This document shows, in pieces, positions 8,572 to 15,664 of a DNA stretch of 29,242 nt. The stretch comes from a virus (lineage: Duplodnaviria; Caudoviricetes). The stretch lies in the IMG/VR virus record IMGVR_UViG_3300033420_000031, positions 1 to 29,242 of that record; one strand, given 5' to 3'. Under the pieces are notes generated by a model that ran no database searches, had not been told where the DNA came from, and saw only the letters and a list, made by a program, of their open reading frames with translations. A program made the translations under genes and the position numbers. The first letter of the stretch is position 1, and each line of letters opens with the position of its first letter.

Positions 8572-9081
8572 TTATGTTTTTTGTTCCTTTATCGCTTGTA
8601 GGGCTTCATCCACCAACGTATTGTCGTTAAAGCCTCTTGTAATAATATTCTTAACTGTCTCCCGTCCTACCCCTGTTTGTTCTTCTACTGCTCTGTATGA
8701 GTGTGTAGCCTCGTATACCTGTAGAACTTTCACTATAACCGGAACCGGCAGTTTAAGTTTTTTGCCTGTCCCCCTTGGCAGTACTGTTCTCCCAGGCTTC
8801 GCGTCTCCTGTCTCGCTTATAATAGGCTTTTCGGCTTCGCCCGTTTTCACGATGTACCCCTGCTCGTTTACTGCCATGCCGGACCTTTTCAGAATCTCAG
8901 TAAGTGCGTCAATAATGTGCACCTTTGGTATATCTTGCACGCATCGGCAGTTGGCGCAGGTGTTTATGCGTTTGCGGTTATCATCTACGATGTCTAATCC
9001 TTGCAGAAAAGGGCAACCACCGTCTCGTAGGCAGTTCTGACTTACAAAGTGGATTCGCTCTTCAGCGCGTATCGCTTTCAT
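8572..9081 (-). CDS. Cys-rich N-terminus plus C-terminal HTH protein
   Basis: ATG 9081 after AAGGGGG; C..GGCPF and CANCRC cluster; SYRAVEEQTGVGRETVKNII HTH. Confidence 0.65.
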   Translation of the reverse strand: MKAIRAEERIHFVSQNCLRDGGCPFLQGLDIVDDNRKRINTCANCRCVQDIPKVHIIDALTEILKRSGMAVNEQGYIVKTGEAEKPIISETGDAKPGRTVLPRGTGKKLKLPVPVIVKVLQVYEATHSYRAVEEQTGVGRETVKNIITRGFNDNTLVDEALQAIKEQKT

Positions 9082-9757
9082 AAAATGCAACCCCCTTTCG
9101 TATATCTTCGTCCTCGCAGGTTTTGTAGTGCCTTAGGCATACTGTTTTGCTAATTCTCAGTATCCGCGCTGCGTCGATGCTGTCTACACCTTGCAGATAG
9201 TAGTCTCGTATAACCCTCAGCAAATCGTCATCCTTGTACTTCCGCTTGGTCTCTGTCGCGTCCTTGTCGTAGCGCTTTTCTTTCCACTTTTTTAAGTCTA
9301 TGTCTGCAAAGTCGCTGGATAACTCAACAATTATGTTTCTCTTATACTCGTGTGCCTGCCTGCCTGCCTCGATTGTGTACCTCGCTATAGATGTTTTGCT
9401 TACTACGCAGCGAGTTTGATTCGCTATTGCGATTGTGCTGTAACCGATTGATGCGAGCAGGATGCACAGCTGCCTTAATTCTTCCCCTACCTCAAAAAAT
9501 ACCCGCTCTTTGTAACCCTCTTTTTCCTCAAATGCCCTGTCTCGCTCTGCTGCTAAAATCCTTATACGCTCTCGTATGTAACCCCACTCTGCGCTGCATC
9601 TTCTACTGTTCGCATCCAACAATTCAAGTTTTTCAGCGTGTGTCAGAATCCAAGATGCTTTTATGATTTTGTCGCTGTTGTCCTCTATTTGCTCCCCCAG
9701 ACCCCTTAACCCTTTTGGTATCACTACCTGCGTTTGTACATATACATGCCTCTTCAT
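9062..9757 (-). CDS. Putative DNA-binding protein with two HTH-like segments
   Basis: GGAGG RBS; GYSTIAIANQT...SKTSIARY and GVDSIDAARILRISKTVCLRH. Confidence 0.65.
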   Translation of the reverse strand: MKRHVYVQTQVVIPKGLRGLGEQIEDNSDKIIKASWILTHAEKLELLDANSRRCSAEWGYIRERIRILAAERDRAFEEKEGYKERVFFEVGEELRQLCILLASIGYSTIAIANQTRCVVSKTSIARYTIEAGRQAHEYKRNIIVELSSDFADIDLKKWKEKRYDKDATETKRKYKDDDLLRVIRDYYLQGVDSIDAARILRISKTVCLRHYKTCEDEDIRKGVAFYESDTR

Positions 9758-9776
9758 CCTTGTCCTCCTCCCTCTG

Positions 9777-9894
9777 TGGCAGGTTTAAGCCACTAAACCT
9801 GCCGGTGGTAGTTTTAAGGGCTTATAACTGCCACATGGTGGCTTTAGTGCGCTATACCTACCACGCTGTCAGGTTTAAGGCGGTAAAACTGCCA
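9777..9894. repeat. Array of four tandem 28-bp imperfect palindromes (11-6-11)
   Basis: Units 9777-9804, 9806-9833, 9836-9863, 9867-9894; consensus TGGYAGKTTTA-N6-TAWAMCTGCCA. Confidence 0.85.
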
Positions 9895-9967
9895 ATAAAA
9901 AAGTGATGGTCGCAGGATTTACTTTTCTCCTACAACCACCACCAACCACCGGTGTACCCTGTCTTGC

Positions 9968-10162
9968 TTATACTGCCACTTGCATTAACTTTGTGTACTT
10001 CTCACACTCTCTTAACTCGAACTCCACCTCTGCCTGCCATGCCCTTAATTCTTCAACTTCTGCTGCATATCTTGCGGCTTTCATGGCTTCTGCTTGGGCT
10101 ACAAGGGCTTGTACGACCTTTAGGCTGTTTTCTGTACTCTGTAACAACTCTGTTATACTCAT
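9968..10162 (-). CDS. Small coiled-coil hypothetical protein
   Basis: GGGAGG RBS; 64-aa helical composition. Confidence 0.65.
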   Translation of the reverse strand: MSITELLQSTENSLKVVQALVAQAEAMKAARYAAEVEELRAWQAEVEFELRECEKYTKLMQVAV

Positions 10163-10187
10163 ACTCTGCGTCCTCCCGCATTTTATA

Positions 10188-10538
10188 TCAACTGTTAAAC
10201 ACCGGGCCGTCTTCGTAATCTACGCTGTCAAGCAATTCTAGCGTTATGCACTGACCGCCATTCACATAGTCGAGAAAATTCTGTCTGTATGTCGAACTCG
10301 GTAAGCACAGCACCTCTTTTTCAATTTTGCCTTCTCTGTCGCCCTCAGTTACTAAGTGAATGTTACAACGAAAAGTTGTTTTGTAGTTTACCCAATCGGC
10401 ATACCGCGATTTCGTGTTTGCGTCCTTGTTCTTCTTTGCGTCTTTCAGCATGTCTGCGTACTTTGTACAAAACTCAGCCTTAGCCTCTTCTATTGCTTGT
10501 GATACCGCTTTTGAGTCAAAATCTTTTCTTGTCTTCAT
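10188..10538 (-). CDS. Hypothetical protein
   Basis: GGAGGAGG RBS; 116 aa. Confidence 0.7.
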   Translation of the reverse strand: MKTRKDFDSKAVSQAIEEAKAEFCTKYADMLKDAKKNKDANTKSRYADWVNYKTTFRCNIHLVTEGDREGKIEKEVLCLPSSTYRQNFLDYVNGGQCITLELLDSVDYEDGPVFNS

Positions 10539-10558
10539 AGTGTGTGTCCTCCTCCGTT

Positions 10559-10735
10559 TTATTTGCTTAGGTCCTGCTCTACTACAACCCTCAAATACTC
10601 GCTATATGTCTTAATCCCTTTATATTCCATTACTTCCTCTATATCCTGTAACTGCGTCTCCGTTACCCTTACACCAAGCAGTGTGCTTTTCCGGTCCTCT
10701 TCTTTCAGGGTTTTTCTGCCTAACTTTTTAGCCAT
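10559..10735 (-). CDS. Ribbon-helix-helix DNA-binding protein (Arc/CopG-like regulator)
   Basis: ATG 10735 after AGGAGGTG; LLGVRVTETQLQDIEEVMEYKGIKTYSEYLRVVV; first gene behind promoter copy 2. Confidence 0.75.
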   Translation of the reverse strand: MAKKLGRKTLKEEDRKSTLLGVRVTETQLQDIEEVMEYKGIKTYSEYLRVVVEQDLSK

Positions 10736-10799
10736 TCTCAACACCTCCTAACCGCGTTTTGTTGTCTGTTGCAATTTGGAATTACTTCCTCCTCACACT

Positions 10800-10919
10800 C
10801 TTATTATAGCATAAAGTCAATAATTTTTGTTAACTCGTGTAAACATTTATCAATATTTGTAATTGTAGTTATATCAATCATTTATGCGTATTCGCGGGTT
10901 GTGTAACAAAACTGTAATA
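10800..10919 (-). promoter_or_regulatory. Early promoter/operator module, copy 2
   Basis: Extended -10 TGCTATAAT (TATAAT = plus 10803-10808); blocks shared with 6703-6823 at a constant offset of 4097. Confidence 0.75.
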
Positions 10920-10920
10920 T

Positions 10921-10950
10921 AATAAAATGAGAGGGCTTTGCGCCCTCCCA
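10921..10950 (-). terminator. Intrinsic terminator after the 10990-11814 gene
   Basis: GAGGGC-GCAAA-GCCCTC then TCATTTTATT on the minus strand. Confidence 0.65.
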
Positions 10951-10989
10951 TCCCTTGGTTTTCTTCTTATTCTGTTGGTGTTGCTTGTG

Positions 10990-11814
10990 TTAGGGTGTGT
11001 ACCACTCGAATTTCTTGGCCTCTTCGTCTAGGTCGTCATCCTCATCCTCGTCAGGTTCGCCAAAATTGATTGTGCGCATGCAATCCGCTTGGTATGGCTT
11101 GCGTTCGCCCCATATGTCATACGCGATTGGCTGCCAAGAAAGTCGGTCATGGCGGCCCTTGGTCGGGTAGAGTTCGGATTCAATTTTAAATGAAATGCAG
11201 TCGCCCGTTGGGATTTCGCACACCGTGACATCCTGGGCCCCATATTTTCCTACGTACACGCGCAAATACAGGGTCAAATCGTTGCGGCATCTGAAAGTGT
11301 TTTCCATTTCTCTGCCCGCGCGCACATCGATGAGCGAGGCCTCGTACATTGGCTTTTCCCACACAATTCCCCGGCCCTCGATGTGTTCGTATTGCATTAT
11401 TTCAGCATCGATTAGCGGGATGTTGATTGTACCCGATTGCGACCCGAACCACCCAAACGAGCATATGAGGCTATTTTCGAGTTGTTCGAGGCTACATACT
11501 GCGCTCAACGAATAGGACCTGTGCAGCATAGAAAACCGGTTTGAATCCTGCGACTCCTCTGTTGTCGCAGGTGTGAACTGAAAGAGCAGGAATTTGGGGA
11601 TTTTCAATGTTTTGTCTGCCTGTTCTGCTGTGAGGCCGAGTTTGCTGTCGCTTTCAAAGTTGAAAGCATTTGAGCTGTAGTTCGCGCTGGTCTGTTTCAG
11701 CATCATGGATACGAATGCATCGACCTCGGACTTCAGCGCATAATCCTCGTTTTGGCGCTTCAGTACCTCTCTTGCCAGTTTCGTGTACAAGACTCGGAGT
11801 GTCATCTGCAACAT
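10990..11814 (-). CDS. Hypothetical protein, moron-like, divergent from the integrase
   Basis: 274 aa, GAGGGG RBS, own terminator, acidic tail DEDEDDDLDEE. Confidence 0.7.
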   Translation of the reverse strand: MLQMTLRVLYTKLAREVLKRQNEDYALKSEVDAFVSMMLKQTSANYSSNAFNFESDSKLGLTAEQADKTLKIPKFLLFQFTPATTEESQDSNRFSMLHRSYSLSAVCSLEQLENSLICSFGWFGSQSGTINIPLIDAEIMQYEHIEGRGIVWEKPMYEASLIDVRAGREMENTFRCRNDLTLYLRVYVGKYGAQDVTVCEIPTGDCISFKIESELYPTKGRHDRLSWQPIAYDIWGERKPYQADCMRTINFGEPDEDEDDDLDEEAKKFEWYTP

Positions 11815-11951
11815 CTTTTACCCCTCTTTTCTCACTTTAAAGGATATTAATTACATTTACACACTACCGGATGATTGGCTTTCTGTCAGCTCTTTTATGT
11901 ACGCCCTAAAATCTATATACTTGATACATAAGCGTGATAGGATGATGGTGT

Positions 11952-13859
11952 ATGGATAAGATTTTAGTTGCGGGTTATAGACGAGTAAGCACGAAAAGCC
12001 TTGACCAAGCAAAGAGTTACGAAGACCAGGACGCAAGACTGCGCGAGTTTGTTGATGATACGGAAAAGTATGAGTTGTATGATGTTTATCAAGATGAAGG
12101 ATTGACAGGCACTGCGCTTTTTAAGCGCAAAGATTTTGTGCGTCTTATAAAAGATGCAGGACTAGCTATATATGAGAAAGAGGTAGAGCGCGAAGGAAAA
12201 GCGAAAAAGCGCCTTGTTTATACCGTTTATGCTGACCCAACAAAAACACCAAAGTTTCGGCGCATACTTGTGAAAGACACCTCGCGCTTTGCCCGTAATG
12301 TCAACATAAAGACAATCCTTGATGAACTCCTCATTAATGGTATCGCTGTTGATTTTATAGACAAAGGCAAAAGCATTGAGACGCAAGAAGATTTAGCAGA
12401 CATCCTAAGCGAGTTAGCTTTTGATGAAAAATACAGTCGCGACCTTTCGCGCAAACTGCTTGCAGGAAATCTACGCAGCGCAGAGCGCGGGGTGGTGCGC
12501 TCTGGCTACGAAAAGTATGGCTATAAGTACATACCACGTGAGCGTGGCAAAATCACGGAGGAAAACAACAATCGCCTTGTGCTTATACCACATGAGGCGC
12601 TTGTTATAAGGCAGTTATACAGACTATACGCTGGGTGTTGGGATTATGCTACACAACCTGTGTATGTTGAGTGTGACGGACTTTGTGATGCTTGCACGAT
12701 ACCTAAGACTCAAGGAATTGGATATAGAAGTATTCTGCAAATATTTCGCACTTTTGGCTATAAAACACGCAAAGGTTCTGATTTCACACAGTCTTCGTTA
12801 AAACACCTGCTTGAGAATGAGAAACATTGTGGCCTGCTAAACAACAGGAAATTCACGCACGGTACAGTTTTTAACCAATTACCCACCCCTGCTGTGCGTC
12901 AGGATTATGTCCTTAATCTTCAACAGTCACAGCATATTGAGGCAATCATACAACCTACGTTATATCTGTACTGTCTTGAAAAGGCCGTATCGCGCTCTAT
13001 CAACTCCAAAGGCAAGTTTATAGGCTCATACAGCAAGTACAAGGGGAGGCTATACTGCGGAAATTGCAAAGGCCCATATGTTCATACAAAATCTAACAAA
13101 TATCATGAGGTCAAGGGTTATTATACATGCAAGAAACGAAGGATGCAGGGTAAGGACGTATGCCCTGCTGTAACGGCGTTTGATTGGCAGGTTGACGCAT
13201 ATATAACCCAACTGTGTGCAACCGACCTACACGCCCAGATTACACACGAATACAAACGATTGATTGGCAAAATCTTTATGCGCTATGAGTATGCGTATGA
13301 CCGTATTGTTGCTTGTGATACACCGGCCATCGTCGCTCTTGACGCAGAGATAAAGAATGAGACAAAGGTTTTTGCTACCCTTGCTATCCAATCTGCACGC
13401 AGCGCTGTGTATGCCGAGGCTGTATCCTCAGAAATTACGCGGTTAGAGGCGTGGCTGACTGAGGCACGCGACAGGCTCACCGAACTGCGAAAGACCCCTG
13501 ATGAACTCTTGCACGAGACGCAGGAGTTGACTACTAACGCGGATAAGGTGTTGTCACTCATACATAGTGTCAAGCCGTCCTACACCCTTGACGAACTTTG
13601 GGAAGTCGTAGACCGCGTTATTGTTTACGGTCAGAGCAAGCGGGGCAACAAAACCCCTGATTGCGCATTCGTTCCTGTGCTACATCCTGCTACACTTGCT
13701 GAGCGTTTAGTCCTTGATGTCCCTATTTCGCTCTATAAGGCTAAGCGACCTGTTGACATCTCCTATGTAGCCTCACTATCCCTTGATGCCTTGCAGTGTA
13801 AAATAGATGGCTACAAGGCTGAGGTGGCTACACTATCCAAATCATTTGACAATCGGTAA
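11952..13859 (+). CDS. Large serine recombinase (integrase)
   Basis: YRRVST catalytic motif, DEGLTGT, KDTSRFARN, YGY recombinase domain, Zn ribbon CGNC...YYTC...C, coiled coil. Confidence 0.95.
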   Translation: MDKILVAGYRRVSTKSLDQAKSYEDQDARLREFVDDTEKYELYDVYQDEGLTGTALFKRKDFVRLIKDAGLAIYEKEVEREGKAKKRLVYTVYADPTKTPKFRRILVKDTSRFARNVNIKTILDELLINGIAVDFIDKGKSIETQEDLADILSELAFDEKYSRDLSRKLLAGNLRSAERGVVRSGYEKYGYKYIPRERGKITEENNNRLVLIPHEALVIRQLYRLYAGCWDYATQPVYVECDGLCDACTIPKTQGIGYRSILQIFRTFGYKTRKGSDFTQSSLKHLLENEKHCGLLNNRKFTHGTVFNQLPTPAVRQDYVLNLQQSQHIEAIIQPTLYLYCLEKAVSRSINSKGKFIGSYSKYKGRLYCGNCKGPYVHTKSNKYHEVKGYYTCKKRRMQGKDVCPAVTAFDWQVDAYITQLCATDLHAQITHEYKRLIGKIFMRYEYAYDRIVACDTPAIVALDAEIKNETKVFATLAIQSARSAVYAEAVSSEITRLEAWLTEARDRLTELRKTPDELLHETQELTTNADKVLSLIHSVKPSYTLDELWEVVDRVIVYGQSKRGNKTPDCAFVPVLHPATLAERLVLDVPISLYKAKRPVDISYVASLSLDALQCKIDGYKAEVATLSKSFDNR

Positions 13860-14001
13860 ATGGTATATGTATCAGTAAAGCCCATTGTTGTGTTCTGCGT
13901 TGATTTTGATGAAACGCCTGTTAATGCGGGTTTCCGCTATCGTGTTTATGTATCATACGTTATCTAATGTATGTTACATATACCATTTACCAATTGTCAA
14001 A
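13845..14001. repeat. 27-bp inverted repeats flanking 103 bp
   Basis: tttgacaatcggtaaatggtatatgta (13845-13871) versus the reverse complement of 13975-14001, tttgacaattggtaaatggtatatgta; 26/27 identical. Confidence 0.9.
13947..13980. other. Candidate attP / serine-recombinase crossover site
   Basis: tatgtatcatacgtta-TC-taatgtatgttacata: 14/16 inverted symmetry about a central dinucleotide, just downstream of the integrase. Confidence 0.5.
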
Positions 14002-14108
14002 CACCAACCACCCAATAATAAATTTAGGGTATACCCTTTTTTCTATATTCCTTGGTTATAAAAATAGAATCAATTATGCATTTATTTTATACTTTCACTC
14101 ATATGTCC

Positions 14109-14137
14109 TTGACTTCAGTTTTACATCTGGATATAGT
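14109..14137 (+). promoter_or_regulatory. SigmaA promoter of the resolvase
   Basis: TTGACT-N17-TATAGT; AT-rich upstream region with palindrome agggtataccct (14026-14037), possibly part of a res site. Confidence 0.65.
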
Positions 14138-14171
14138 TGATGTAGTTGGAGTGATTTGGAGGCAGTTTTGT

Positions 14172-14738
14172 ATGATAGTGGCATATGTGCGAGTAAGCAC
14201 TATAACTCAAAAAGATGATAGGCAGGTTGACCTGCTACAAAAGTATAACATTGGCAAGTGGTACACAGAAAAAGTAAGCGCTAAGGATATGAACCGCCCT
14301 GAATTGCTCGCAATGCTCGACTTTGTACGAGAGGGCGACACGGTGTATGTTGAGAGTTACAGTCGCTTGGCACGTAACACACAGCATCTGCTCGAGATTG
14401 TGCAGACGCTCGAAAAGAAAGGCGTAAGGCTCGTGAGTGCCAAGGAATCGCTGGATACCTCTACCCCAACGGGCAAAATGATGCTTACAATCATTGCAAG
14501 CATAGGGACTTTTGAGCGGGAGTGCCTGCTCGAACGACAGCGTGAGGGTATAGCCATATACAAGGCTAAAGGCGGTTATAAGGGCCGTAAACCCGTCTGT
14601 ATAAAAGAATTCGCTTATCACTATGACCGCTACATGCACCGACTTGTCACAAAAACCCAACTTGCCAAAGATTTACATATTACTGTTCCTACCCTTAACC
14701 GGCTTATAAAGGAACACACAGCATCAGCAGGTTTATAA
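14172..14738 (+). CDS. Small serine recombinase (resolvase/invertase family)
   Basis: ATG 14172 after GGAGG; YVRVST, NRPEL, SRLARN, DTSTPTGKMML, ERQREGI, GRKP, C-terminal HTH; 188 aa. Confidence 0.95.
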   Translation: MIVAYVRVSTITQKDDRQVDLLQKYNIGKWYTEKVSAKDMNRPELLAMLDFVREGDTVYVESYSRLARNTQHLLEIVQTLEKKGVRLVSAKESLDTSTPTGKMMLTIIASIGTFERECLLERQREGIAIYKAKGGYKGRKPVCIKEFAYHYDRYMHRLVTKTQLAKDLHITVPTLNRLIKEHTASAGL

Positions 14739-14758
14739 ACCTGCTGATTTCTTTTATT
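14723..14758 (+). terminator. Intrinsic terminator overlapping the resolvase stop
   Basis: Perfect palindrome atcagcaggttta/taaacctgctgat followed by ttcttttatt. Confidence 0.75.
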
Positions 14759-15263
14759 ACCTCGCGTATATTTTTTATAAAAGAACATATGTACTTATTA
14801 TTAAATAAACCCGCATATTTATAATCTTCACAATGTACTTCTATCAGTACATTTGCATACAAAAGTGTTCAAATTGTTGATAAATCAAGCACTTGAGAAA
14901 ATCCGCGCAGGCTTACTGCCACCTGCTACCTGCGCTTTTTTTCTTGCCCGTTTTTGCGCTTTTATTTTCCGTTTTTTTCTCAAAAACAAACCGGTGTATA
15001 ATGTGGGTTTTTATACACCGAATTACCCCCACCTGCTTATACCCCTATTCTTCAAATCTTCTTTCCCTTTTCCTATTACTAAACACCAAAAACCTACAAA
15101 CCCATAGATGCGTTGATATGACTACATTTGTTACATATCTCGCAAAGTGCCTTATTTGTTGCGCTTTAGCGCATTGTTGACGTTTTTTTGGGTCTGGTTG
15201 GTGTTTAGTGTCGTGGTGGTGGGTGTGTGGTGTTTAGATTTGTTATAGGTGGTGGTTAGGGGC

Positions 15264-15297
15264 AAAAAACTAAGAGGCGCACCAAAGGTGCGCCTCT
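15264..15297 (-). terminator. Terminator of the late operon after the holin
   Basis: AGAGGCGCACC-TTT-GGTGCGCCTCT then TAGTTTTTT. Confidence 0.8.
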
Positions 15298-15320
15298 CTA
15301 TCCTGCGAGTTGTATAAGGT

Positions 15321-15653
15321 TCATTCAGATTTGGGTCTCAAACCGGACTCCATAATCGCTGTGATAGCGCCCTTCAGCGCGTCATATGCACCGGATGTTA
15401 ACACCCCCAGCACCAACCCCGTTAATGCCGATTGCATTCCACTTGGTGCTATACCCATCAAAACCCCTAAGCCTGCTCCCACCACCATGGCAAATATTGG
15501 CAACAGCCTTTTTACCAAGGTTACATATTTTGTCTCTGCTGTCAAAGCCTTTATGCCTGTCAATACCCCATACACTACCAGCATCAACAGTAATCCGTTA
15601 CCTGCCACTATGCTTGCGATTAGTGCTTGTATCATATCGTAAAACATAAGCAT
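15321..15653 (-). CDS. Holin
   Basis: ATG 15653 after AAGGAGG; 110 aa, about 3 TM segments, KRLLPIFAMVVG and GLVLG..TSGAYD motifs, charged tail. Confidence 0.85.
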   Translation of the reverse strand: MLMFYDMIQALIASIVAGNGLLLMLVVYGVLTGIKALTAETKYVTLVKRLLPIFAMVVGAGLGVLMGIAPSGMQSALTGLVLGVLTSGAYDALKGAITAIMESGLRPKSE

Positions 15654-15664
15654 TGTCCCTCCTT

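Noticed and set aside
9777-9894. Mini-CRISPR array or true dif sites
   Set aside because: Units abut with 1-3 bp gaps (no spacers), there are no cas genes, the arms do not match XerC/XerD consensus, and no tyrosine recombinase is encoded.
13999-15206. 12-bp IR aaacaccaacca/tggttggtgttt flanking the resolvase as transposon ends
   Set aside because: GGT/ACC-rich words recur across the intergenic regions; no transposase or target duplication.
15645-15653. Holin dual start (M-L-M) as a holin/antiholin pair
   Set aside because: Lacks the charged residue of the lambda S dual-start motif; no supporting evidence.
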